A DNA stretch of 64,000 bases from Octopus sinensis (taxonomy: Eukaryota), in the NCBI RefSeq assembly GCF_006345805.1, contig NC_042997.1:160394001-160458000 (forward strand). The letters run 5' to 3'. The notes beneath the pieces are model-generated. The model saw nothing but the letters and a program-made list of their open reading frames with translations. It was not told the DNA's origin and ran no database searches. This document shows positions 25,530-37,418 of the stretch, piece after piece; the first letter of the stretch is position 1; each line of letters starts with the position of its first letter. Position numbers and translations under genes: made by a program.

Positions 25530-25806
25530 ATTACCATGGCATTTGGATTATGTTCATCCACTGAAGGAGTAGATGAACGTAATAGGAACCAAATATAAAA
25601 AGTGAAAAAAGGTATAAATGAAGAGATTCAGATGTGGGGCTGAGAGAACTTCATTCCATTTCTTATTTTCATTTTTCATCTATTATAACATACGTTTTTG
25701 AAATTTTGTTTCTTTTTTCGTTTTTTTTTTCCTGTCTGTTATATGCCCCCACATGTCCTTGTAATGTGCCCTCTCCGTCATCCCCTTGTGGGCAATAAAG
25801 AAACAA
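25530..25806 (+). mobile_element. Probable LINE 3' end whose terminal ~50 bp match the SINE family A tail
   Basis: tgtccttgtaatgtgccctctccgtcatccccttgtgggcaataaagaaa versus the SINE tail tgtccttgtttgtcccctctgtgtttagccccttgtgggtaataaagaaa. Confidence 0.5.
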
Positions 25807-26049
25807 ATTACTTTGAACATTCGATTGTACTGTTTGGTTTTGTTATTGCTGAAGGTGAAGAAATTGTTGCTGTTGTTAAACTTGTTGATATTTGTTTGAA
25901 AAAGAGAACTGTTAATTGCTTTTTTGTAACGCAAATTGTTGCTAATTCCCCCGCGTGAGAAGAAATTGTTGTTGTTCAAAACTTTTTTTGGCTGTGCGAA
26001 GTTTGGGTGTTGCCATTTTGAAATGCAACCAGAAATGTTGTCTTTGGAG

Positions 26050-29000
26050 AGTGAATCTCCAAACCAGAACTAACCAAGAAAACGCCAAACGGAAGAATCA
26101 CCGAAGCCTAGTACAAGTAAAACATCACATAGAAAGGAGGAAAAAATAAAATTGAGCGTGAAGAGAAACGTAGAGGTGTAGTCTTGCAACTGGTGAAGCA
26201 CAAAGTGGTACAAAGGATATGAGCTTCGCAGCAGCTACCGGGAGTAAGACTAGGGAGATTAATACTGAAAATTTAAGAGAGCACAGTGAGTTATTGTCAA
26301 GAGAGGGGACCGAGATTAAAGTGGCCCCGCTACACAACATTACAGTAGACGTTCTGGAAAGGGTGATCATTTTTAAAACATGTAATATGGAGAAAAAAAG
26401 AATAGAATATGTGAATGAAAAAATATTGAAAAATGTTTAAAGCCCATATGGGGTGAGATAAAATATGTGACAAAGGGAAAAAATAAGCGACCATAGAAGT
26501 AAGAATGGAGTCGACCGAGAAGGCAAAACATCACTCGGTCGCACCATTAAGAACGGAGGCGGTAGTACTCCTGTCCATATATATGGTGAGGAGAACCTCA
26601 CGGATCAAAATTAGCAACTCTCCGCCGGAAGTAGATGCCGAATGGCTGATGGCAGCAGTTATGCTGGATTTAGATGATGAGATAAAGCTGTTATCTGCAG
26701 AAATAATGGAAGAAAGAAACTGGACGGGTCAGACAGTAAAAATACTGATCCATGCGGATCCACTGACTCTGGAAAAAATTCCAGAGGTTATTGAAGAGGT
26801 GGATACTAAATTGGTCGTGATGGTGGAAGGGAGGAGGCCCCGCTGTTTCAAGTGTGGAATGAAAGCCCACGTTAGGTCAGATTGTAAGACTGCACAGTAA
26901 GAAACTGAAGAAAAGGGAGAAAACAAAGAGGAACAAAAAGAAAAAGACAGAGTCGAAGAATAACAAAGAAGGGGAGCGTTGGTAGATTGTTAAAAAATGG
27001 AAAATAAAGCCAACCTTCCCAGAAAAGATAGAAAGAACTATAAAAAAGGCAAAAAAAAGTTAGAAAGAAAAGAAGAAAAAAGGAGAGAGAAAGGGAAATG
27101 GAGAAAGAAAGAAAAAATACATGGTAGTGAAGGTTTCCAATACGAGGCTAGTATATCGCCTACAATGCATAAAAAAACATTAAAAAGATGGAAAATGAAG
27201 ACGTATATCACCCCAAATTTATGAAGACGTATATCACCCCAAATTTATGAAGGATTACACACTCCGATTCACGAGCCCAAGAAAAAGGAAAAGAGGCGGA
27301 TTCCTCTCCGCCTAAAAGTGAGGATCTAACTAACAAAAGTAAGACTTATGACTGTTCACGTAGGATGTTTGAATGTGCGTGGTCTGACGTCGAGCTGGAA
27401 ACAAGGGCGTTTCCTAAATGACGTTAGATCACGAAAGTTACATGTTAATGTTCCTACTGAAACCTGGTTAAAGGGACCAAGAGGTCTGCTCCCGTTCCTT
27501 AATGGTTACGAGAAATTTATTTCTTCAGGCCGGCCTGCGGGCGAGGGTGAGGTGTTGGTGCAACTAAAAAGAAACCGGGTTCCAGAGAAAAAAGTTGATT
27601 TTTTCTGACCCAGAAAGTTGTCTTAGGTTTGACTTTCAGTTGTAGTAAGAAAATCAGACTGGTGGCAATTTACGCCCCTAATTCTGGTCAGACTGAGTAT
27701 TTTCGAGACCTAGAGACGTTTCTTGGTACATCGCATCCATTAGTTTTGTTAGGAAACTTTAACACTGTTCACGATGCAGCGTGGATAGTGTTGGCTCGAG
27801 TGCGAATAGGGGACCGAATCCTGGCTTCCGGGATCTACTAAATCGCTTTCAGCTAGTAGATCCATACAGACTAGAATTGTCGAACGCCCCATTGTGGACG
27901 TGATTAAGTGGCAATGAGTCTTCAAGGTCGTACAAAGATAGGATCTTAATTAGAAAAATAGATAAAGACATAGCTAAGAGTTCACAGTTTCACTTGGTCA
28001 GCTACAGTGATCACAAGTTTATCACTTGTAAGCTGAACCTAGATAAGTTACATAGCTCTGGCTACTAGAAACTCAAAAAGTCCCTTTTGGCGATTGAGGA
28101 GCATAGGAACCGGATTGAGTTATTGATACACAAAGAGAGTGGAATTAAACCAACATCACGAAGCCAAATACATGGGGTGTATTATCAGGGCTAAACTTCG
28201 TGCAATGGGTTACGAGGGGATCTGAGCCGCTGGATGGTCCCGAATGGCGGAAGCCCGACGTGGAAGTGATTCCACAATTCGATCTTTGGAGAACCTACAA
28301 GGTGAGTTGGTAAACGAACCCGAGTAGATGTGCAAGACTTTTCAGGAGCAGTTCGCCCAGCTTTTCGTGGGGAGCGATGGACTGGATAGTAGGTCTGCCG
28401 TACGAATTATATAAAAGTATGCCAGACTTGTTTGGGCAGATACTGGCCAGAGCTTACGCGAATTGGCAACAGAATGGGATGATCCCCAGATCTGTGCGCT
28501 GGGGAGTGGTGACTCTGGTCAGAAAGGACCCAGACAAGGAGGATAGAATAGATAATTTTAGGCCCATCACTCTGTTAAATATATAGTTGAAGATTTTGGC
28601 CCAGGTGTTAGCAAAAAGATTGGCGGGTGTCGTGGATGGTCTGATCGGCAAGGCACAGACTTCTACTGTTCCCGGCAAAAGCATCTAGGATAATCTCTAT
28701 CTTAAACGTTACACCATAGAAGGGTTTGGTAACGATTGTGGCAAGTGTGGGGCTTTGGTCCATTTAGACCAAGCAAAAGTATTCGATATGGTTGACCATC
28801 GCTATTTGGTGTCCGTTCTCGCGCAGTTCAAACTGGGTCTTGTCTTTCTCAGGTGGATCATACAGTTATATGACAACATCGACTCGATCGTTCGGGTGAA
28901 CGGCTTTCTTTCTAAGTCGTTCTGTATCAAGCGATCGGTACGCCAAAGATGTCCGCTCTCGTTGCTTTTGTATGTGATGGCTATGGAGCCGTTACTGCGG

Positions 29001-29230
29001 AAGTTGAGTGGCAACCCGAGGGAACCAGTTGATGGAGGATCGGTATCAGCTTTTTCGGACGACATCACCATCATCCTGAGTAAGATGGAACACTTACAGA
29101 GGGTAGGCGAAACCATAAAAGGTTAGGAGGCGGTGGTAGGAGCAAAGATTAACCGGGAAAAACCAGTCGGAGGGGCTAATCGATGCCTTCGAATAACGTC
29201 GTGGGACGTTGGACGGAGTTCCCGGTTAAG
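26050..29230 (+). mobile_element. Decayed Tx1/L1-clade LINE (ORF1 with CCHC knuckle; ORF2 APE + RT), 3' end missing
   Basis: ORF1 ...VEGRRPRCFKCGMKAHVRSDC; APE VGCLNVRGL...TETW, AIYAPN; RT NFRPITLLN, LDQAKVFDMVDH, CPLSLLLY, AFSDDIT. Confidence 0.9.
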
Positions 29231-29279
29231 TCTAATTCTTCAATTGAATATAACCGGGCAACGCCGGGTATCTCTGCTA

Positions 29280-29280
<1 letters not shown>
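29231..29280 (+). mobile_element. Isolated Helitron 3' end
   Basis: Hairpin accgggcaacgccgggt followed by ctgCTAG and T. Confidence 0.65.
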
Positions 29281-29312
<32 letters not shown>

Positions 29313-29315
<3 letters not shown>

Positions 29316-29812
29316 GGAAAATGTAAGCATGAAAAGTAATATTCTTAAGATTATAAACCTGGAAAAGTACGGGACAAGTTATTACACCTGTAAACGTATA
29401 GGACAAACTACTACTTCAAATAAAATAAAGAATAAGAAACTTTTTACTTAAAATATTGCACCAAAGAATGCCACTTCTTCTAATTTATCACACTTTAGAG
29501 TTCTCATCTTTTATTGCGCAAAACTGTTCAGCTAATTTGCAAGTTTTTCTAATTAGTCACTATTTTCTCTATTTAAAGTAGTAAAGTAGCCAAATTGTTC
29601 TTAAATATGTATAGTGTTATTTGAAAACTATAATAAAATAATTTTTAATATTCAAATTTTAATTTTAGCTGCAGTATTTTAAGTAAAAAGTTTCTTATTC
29701 TTTACTTGAAGTAATAGCTTTCCTATACTCTTACAGGTGTAATAACTTGCCTTGTACTTTTCCAGGTTTATAATCTTAAGAATCTTATTTTTCATGTTTG
29801 CATTTTTCCACG
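29313..29812. mobile_element. 500-bp MITE with ~145-bp imperfect TIRs
   Basis: 29313-~29460 is the reverse complement of ~29670-29812 (e.g. attcttaagattataaacctggaaaagtac). TA on the left, CA on the right. Confidence 0.85.
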
Positions 29813-30848
29813 CAATCCATGTTTTTTCTAGACATTGCTGTTATAAGATAAGTAATAATGTGTCAATAATTTAAGATTGTACCTTATAAAATACTGAAAA
29901 ATAATATTTCAATTTATCCATGTTGAATTTAAATAAATGTTGTGATTGAATTATTTGATATTACCCATCTTCACCAAATTTATGGCAGGGATTTTTACCA
30001 TGTTGTTCGTTGCACCATGGATCACCAAATATTACAAATAACAAGATCCCAAAACGATCAATTACCAGGCTCACCTTAAATAACCTAATTTTTGCAATAT
30101 TAGGAGGTCACAGGAATTCATTCAATGATAAAACATATCCATCGATTCCGGGATTGGGAGGGTGAACCCCACCTAATTTTTTCCGAACCAAAATAAGGGA
30201 TTTGCAGCACATTAGGAGGTCAAGGTCTTGATTCCATGCAAAAAATCTTTTTTTTTCGTAGTGAAAATCGTGCGGGTGTTAATATAGAAATTTACTATAA
30301 TGTTGTTATTAGCCTCAAATCAAACCTGATACTGAAAACGTATCATCAAAGACATTCCAGCCTTCAGTAAATCGTCTTTTAAGGGATAATATAGGACATT
30401 ACATACAATGGGCGTGTGATTTAGGTAGGGGGCTAATTTGGCTGCTATTTTTAATGTGTGGAGCGACCAGGTAGAGGCTCTTTCATTGGTTCGATTGCGT
30501 GATAAGATCTTTTTTTACACATTTATGTAATATGTATATATATATCATCGGCAGAAGTTAGAGAGTAAGTCAAAAACTGAGAGTTTCGTGTATTAGCACT
30601 TATCAAACACGAATTTGTCCATTGTCACTCTGTAACTTCAGACAAAATAACTTCTAAAGTACAAAATTTTATGCAAAATGTTAAGTGTAAACCCTGTTCT
30701 ATGTGATACATTCTAGCAGAAACGGAAGTTTGAAAGTGTTTAGTTAAAAAAAAATTAATTAAAAGGACACTCACAATATGGTCAAAACATGACATTGTCT
30801 CAGAGATCGCTTACATCATTAAATTGTGTCAAAAGGGTGGGGGTATTG

Positions 30849-33800
30849 TCTAATTATGAAAAATTTTTTGAAAATTTTCCCAAAACATTTTTCGAAAATT
30901 TTCCCCAAAAACTTTTCAAAAAAATTTTCAAAAAATTTTTCAAACATTTTTGAGGAAAATTTTCAAAAAATATTTCAAATATTTGTGTGGAAAATTTTCA
31001 AAAAATTTTTCAAAAGTTTTTGGGGAAAATTTTCAAATATTTTGCAGGAGAATTTTCAAAACCTTCTTCAAAAATTTTTCAGGAAAATTTTCAAAAAATT
31101 TTTCAAAAATTTTTGGGAAAATTCTCAAAAAAGTTTTCAAAAATTTTGGAAGAAAATTTCCAACAAATTTTTCAAACATTTTTGGGGAAAATTTTCAAAA
31201 ACTTTTTCAAAACTTTTTGAGGAAAATTTTCAAAAAATTTTACAAACATTTTTGGAGAAAATTTTCAAATATTTTTCAGGAAAATTTTCAAAAACTTTTT
31301 CAAAAATTTTTGTGGAAAATTTTCAAAAAAGTTTCAAAAGTTTTTGGGGAAAATTTTCAAAAAATTTGTCAAAGATATTTGGGTAAAATTTTCAAAAAAG
31401 TTTTCAAAAATTTTGGGGGAAAATTTTCAAAAAATTTTTCAAAAGTTTTTGAGGGAAATTTTCAAAAAGTGTTTCAAAGATATTTGGGTAAAATTTTCAA
31501 AAAAGTTTTCAAAAATTTTGGGGGAAAATTTTCGAGTTTTCAAAAATTTTTGGGGAAAATTTTCAAAAAATTTTTCAAAGGTTTTTGAGGAAAAGTTTCA
31601 AACAATTTTTCAAAAGTTTTTGAGGAAAATTTTCAAAAACTTTTCAAAAGTTTATGGGGTAAATTTTGAAAAAATTTTTCTACAATTTTTGAGGAAAATT
31701 TTCAAGAAATTTTTCAAAAATTTTTGGGAAAATTCTCAAAAAAGTTTTCAAAAATTTTGGAAGAATATTTCCAACAAATTTTTCAAACATTTTTGGGGAA
31801 AATTTTCAAAAACTTTTTCAAAACTTTTTGAGGAAAATTTTCAAAAAATTTTACAAACATTTTTGGAGAAAATTTTCAAAAACTTTTTCAAAAATTTTTG
31901 TGGAAAATTTTCAAAAAAGTTTTCAAAAGTTTTTGGGGAAAATTTTCAAAAAATTTTTCAAAGATATTTGGGTAAAATTTTCAAAAAAGTTTTCAAAAAT
32001 TTTGGGGGAAAATTTTCAAAAAATTTTTCAAAAAGTTTGGAAGAAAATTTTCAAAAAATTCTTCAAAAATTTTTGGGTAAAATTTTCGAGTTTTCAAAAA
32101 TTTTGGGGGAAAATTTTCAAACAATTTTTCAAAGGTTTTTGAGGAAAAGTTTCAAACAATTTTTCAAAAGTTTTTGAGGAAAATTTTCAAAAACTTTTCA
32201 AAAGTTTATGGGGTAAATTTTGAAAAAATTTTTCTACAAATTTTGAGGAAAATTTTCAAAAAATTTTTCAAAAATTTTTGGGAAAATTCTCAAAAAAGTT
32301 TTCAAAAATTTTGGAAGAAAATTTCCAACAAATTTTTCAAACATTTTTGGGGAAAATTTTCAAAAACTTTTTCAAAACTTTTTGAGGAAAATTTTCAAAA
32401 AATTTTACAAACATTTTTGGAGAAAATTTTCAAAAACTTTTTCAAAAATTTTTGTGGAAAATTTTCAAAAAAGTTTTCAAAAGTTTTTGGGGAAAATTTT
32501 CAAAAAACTTTTGGGGAAAATTTTCAAAAGTTTTTGGTGGAAATTTTCAAAAAAGTTTTCAGAAATTTTGGAGGAAAATTTTCAAAAAAGTTTTCAAAAA
32601 TTGTTGCGGAAAATTTTGAAAAAATATTTGAGGAAAATTTTCAAAATATTTAACTAAAATTTTCCAAAAATTTTTCAAAATTTGTTGCGGAAAATTTTGA
32701 AAAAATTTTTCAATAATTTTTGAGGAAAATTTTGAAAAAAGATTTCAAAAATTTTTGAGGAAAATTTTCAAAAATTTTTGATTGAAAATTTTCAAAAAAT
32801 TTTTCAAATAATTTTAGGGATAATTTTCAAAAAGCATCTCAAAAATTTTGGGGGGAAGTTTTCAAAAAAGTTTTCAGAAATTTTGGTGGAAAATGTCCAA
32901 AAATGTTTTCAAAAATTGTTGCGGAAAATTTAGAAAAAATTTTTGCAATAATTTTTTAAAAAAAGTTATTAAAAATTGTGAGGGAATTGTGTGCAAATGC
33001 AAACAATTTTTCGAAAATTTATTGGCAAAATTTTGAAAAACTTTTTCCTAAATTTTTGGGAAAATTTAAAAAAAATTTTTCAAATATTTTTAGTTATAAT
33101 TTTCAATAAATTCTTTTGAGAATTTATTAAAAAATTATACCTAAAAAAAAAACTTTTGGGGAAAATTTTCAAAAGTTTTTGGGGGAAACTTTTAAAAAAG
33201 TTTTCAGAAATTTTTGGAGGAAAATTTTCAAAAAAGTTTTCAAAAATTGTTGCGGAAAATTTTGAAAAAATATTTAAGGAAAATTTTCAAAAATATATAA
33301 CTAAAATTTTCCAAAAATTTTTCAAGAATTCTTGCGGAAAAGTTTGAAAAAATTTTTCAATAATTTTTTAGGAAAATTTTGAAAAAAGATTTCAAAAATT
33401 TTTGAGGAAAATTTTCAAAAATTTTTGATTGAAAATTTTCAAAAAATTTTTCAAATAATTTTAGGGATAATTTTCAAAGAGCATCTCAAAAATTTTGGGG
33501 GGAAATTTTCAAAAAAGTTTTCAGAAATTTTGGTGGAAAATGTTCAAAAATGATTTCAAAAATTGTTGCGGAAAATTTAGAAAAAATTTTTGCAATAATT
33601 TTTTCAAAAAAGTTATTAAAAATTGTGGGGGAAATTTGCAAACAATTTTTCAAAAGTTTTTGAGAAAAAGTTTTTAAAATTTTTCGAAAATTTATTGGCA
33701 AAATTTTGAAAAACTTTTTCCTAAATTTTTCAAATATTTTTGTGGAAAATATTCAAAATTTGTTTTGAAAATTTTTGGGAATATTTAAAAAAAATTTTTC

Positions 33801-35190
33801 AAATATTTTTAGTTATAATTTTCAATAAATTCTTTTGAGAATTTATTAAAAAATTATACCTAAAAAAAAAACTTTTGGGGAAAATTTTCAAAAGATTTTG
33901 GTGGAAATTTTCAAAAAAGTTTTCAGAAATTTTGGAGGAAAATTTTCAAAAAAGTTTTCAAAAATTGTTGCGGAAAATTTTGAAAACATATTTGAGGAAA
34001 ATTTTCCAAAATATTTAACTAAAATTTTCCAAAAATTTTTCAAAATTTCTTGCGGAAAATTTTGAAAAAATTTTTCAATAATTTTTGAGGAAAATTTTGA
34101 AAAAAGATTTCAAAAATTTTTAAGGAAAATTTTCAAAAATTTTTGATTGAAAATTTTCAAAAAATTTTTCAAATAATTTTAGGGATAATTTTCAAAAAGC
34201 ATCTCAAAAATTTTGGGGGGAAATTTTCAAAAAAGTTTTCAGAAATTTTGGTGGAAAATGTTCAAAAATGTTTTCAAAAATTGTTGCGGAAAATTTAGAA
34301 AAAATTTTTGCAATAATTTTTTCAAAAAAGTTATTAAAAATTGTGGGGGAAATTTGCAAACAATTTTTCAAAAGTTTTTGAGAAAAAGTTTTTAAAAAAA
34401 GTTTTTAAAAGTTTTTAAAACTTTTTCCTAAATTTTTAAGGAACATTTTCAAAAATTATTCAGGAAATTTTTTTTTTAAATTTTGCAAAAATATTTGGGG
34501 AAAATTTTCAAAAAATTTTTCAAAAAATTTGAGGAAAATTTCCCAAAAATTTTTAAAGAATTTTGGGGGAAAACCTTCAAAAAATTTTTGGGTAAAATTT
34601 TCAAAAATTTTTGAGGAAAGTTTTCAAAAATTTGAGGAAAATTTTCAAAAAAATTTTCAAAAATATTTGTGGAAAATTTTCAAAAAAGCTTTCAAAAAAT
34701 TTTTCAAACATATTTGGGTAAAATTTTCAAAAAAGTTTTCAAAAATTTTTGGGGAAAATTTTCAAAAAATTTTTCAAATGTTTTTCAGGGAAATTTTCGA
34801 AAAATGTTTCAAAAGTTTTCGAGGAAAATTTTCAATAAATTTTTACAAAAATTTATGGGGAAAATTTTCAAAAATATTTGTGGAAAATTTTCAAAAAATT
34901 TTCCTCAAAAATTTATGGGGAAAATTTTCATAAAATTTTTCAAAAATTTTTGAAAATAAGTGCCTTACTTGTGGAAGCAGATATTTTGATGTAACTTTTC
35001 TCAAAAATTTTAGAAAAATTTTTGTAGTTTCCCCTAAAAGTTTTTTTAAATATTTTGAAAATTTTCCAGAAAAAATGTCAAAAAAATTTTTTGAAAATGT
35101 TTTGAAAAATTTTTTAAAAAATTTTTTGCAAATTTTCCCCAAAAATCTTTGAAACATTTTTTGTAAGTTTTCCCCCAAAATTTTCCTCAA
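30849..35190. repeat. 4.3-kb A/T-tract satellite (~11-12 bp subunits, ~35-bp monomer ggggaaaattttcaaaaaatttttcaaaagttttt) with higher-order repeats
   Basis: Marker attctc at 31121, 31732 and 32286; marker gcatctc at 32834, 33481 and 34199. Orientation reverses after ~34957-35002. Confidence 0.95.
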
Positions 35191-35830
35191 GTCAACCTCG
35201 ACGAAATACCGTTTCTATAATAATCTATACGTCAAAGTCGACCATGACGAAATTTGAACTCAAAAACGCATAGACAGACGAAAGAAAGTTCAGTGTTTCA
35301 GCCGGCGTGCTAACGTTTCTGCCAGGTCACTGCCTCATAAATCGAGTATTGTTTTTAGAAATGCATTCCTTATTGTTATAGCTGAGGCGTTACTCCCTTA
35401 CTCACTCACTGACAGAATATTTCGGAACATTTTACCTCATGAGTCTTTTTCTACTAAATTTTGTTCAATGCGAATAATGAGTCTGAATTCTTCATGCATT
35501 TTTCTATCATTTTCTAGCCTAAGAAGGGTATACTTTTAATTTAAAATTTAAAAGTTTATGTTCATTGAAGGAGAATAGGTGCCTTACTATCCCGCTTGAG
35601 GTCGCAGATATTTTGATGTAACTTTTTTTCTACTGAACCAAATCTCAAACTATTTATGCCAAAGTGTAGCTAAGGATGCAATTAGTGTAGCTAAGGATGC
35701 CAAAGTGTAGCTAAGGATGCAGTTTGCAATTTAACTGAGAACTGAATTAGTGGTGAAGCTTGGAAGCGGTTGACAAAATGGTGGACTTAGGAATATATTC
35801 AACCACTACCGTGGTTGAATGATATATATA

Positions 35831-35874
<44 letters not shown>

Positions 35875-35891
35875 CATATATATATACATAC

Positions 35892-35923
<32 letters not shown>

Positions 35924-35975
35924 ACATATATTTATATATATATATATATTATATATATATATATATATATACATA

Positions 35976-36326
35976 CTAGCAGTTTTTCCTGGTTTCACCC
36001 GGGTAGATTGGTTGATGTTGCTGTAAAACCTTCTATCTTCTAAATATATACCTCATCTTTGTATTCAAACACCAAAATAAAGGTTAAACATAAACAAAAT
36101 ATTTGAAGAAAACAATAATTAAAAAAAAAAAGAAAAAACAAATCAATGAAAATGTTAAGTTGCCGATAGCAGTGGTAACTCGAAGGTTTCAGCAAACATA
36201 CACGCACACAGACAGACACACACATTCACATACCCCCTTTACATACACACACATATTCACATAGAGATGAAACGCTGAAAAAATAAATTCACACAAAAAT
36301 GGAAGTATATATATGAAACCAAAAAC

Positions 36327-36376
<50 letters not shown>

Positions 36377-36721
36377 GCATGCACACATACATACATACAT
36401 ACTTACATACATACAATACATACATACATACATATAAATTTGACATCACGCCTTCCTTCCTTATTCCTCTATCACCCCTTCCTTTCTCATTCATAAACAC
36501 AAGAGTATTATTATAGCAGATTATCTCGGTAACTATGGGAACTATGAAAAAATACAAAACCCATCAACCCCACCGGATCATTCTACACATCTGTGTAATT
36601 TTCGCGCAATTTCACCCAGCCGTTTTACCGTGAATCCCAAGACGAGAAAGAATCGCCCACATCAAAAATAACCGTTGAACAGTGAACGCCAAAATTGAAA
36701 GCAGCTTATAAGATATAACGA
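35976..36721 (-). mobile_element. Non-autonomous Helitron containing microsatellites
   Basis: The minus-strand 5' end tcgttatat matches the start of 45279; 3' hairpin ccgggtgaaaccagg then ctgCTAG; A/T insertion site. Confidence 0.75.
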
Positions 36722-37346
36722 TAAATTAATACTATGATATATTAAGTACGTTATAATATAAGTAGCTAAAGCAATTAAAAATCAAAAAGCTATTGTTTGA
36801 ATTTGCTTGAAGTAGTGTAATGTTCGTTTTCGTAAATTATATGAACGTTTGAAGTAAACTTTGATTAATGTAGATGATAATTTAGACAAATAATATAAGT
36901 TGATGTCAATAAAGAAAAACAACGAGGAAAGATATTCTCTTACTCACACAGGATGTTTAATGATCTTAAAATTTCGGAAATGATGTCTCTTTCCAAATAG
37001 AAGAAAGAAAATAATCAAAGAATCTGGATAATTATGTTGTTATTGGCAAGAAATAATGCATTTCTGTTGTATGTATGTATGTATGCATGTATGCATGTAT
37101 GCATGTATGTATGTATGTATGTATGTATGTATGTATGTATGTATGTATGTATGTATGTATGTATTATGTTTGTATCGATGCTTGAAATTGTAGGCTACAG
37201 TTTTAGATCTTGGTACATCAAATACGCGTAAGGACAAATCACTTTAAGGATATGGCCTCACGTTTTGTAACTGTTTCTGATCCTTTTTTATAATATAAAC
37301 CCCAGCGATACTAGGTGTTACTGCTACGAGTGTCTTTGTGCGTGTG

Positions 37347-37418
<72 letters not shown>

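Noticed and set aside
30826-35190. Many long K/F/N/S-rich ORFs (up to 277 aa)
   Set aside because: Artefact of the A/T-tract satellite; overlapping frames are open at once and the peptides are purely repetitive.
35659-35722. Three copies of agtgtagctaaggatgc with short separators (superficially CRISPR-like); also a 2 x 26-bp duplicate at 27195-27250
   Set aside because: Separators are only 3-4 bp, the context is eukaryotic and there are no cas genes; these are simple slippage duplications.
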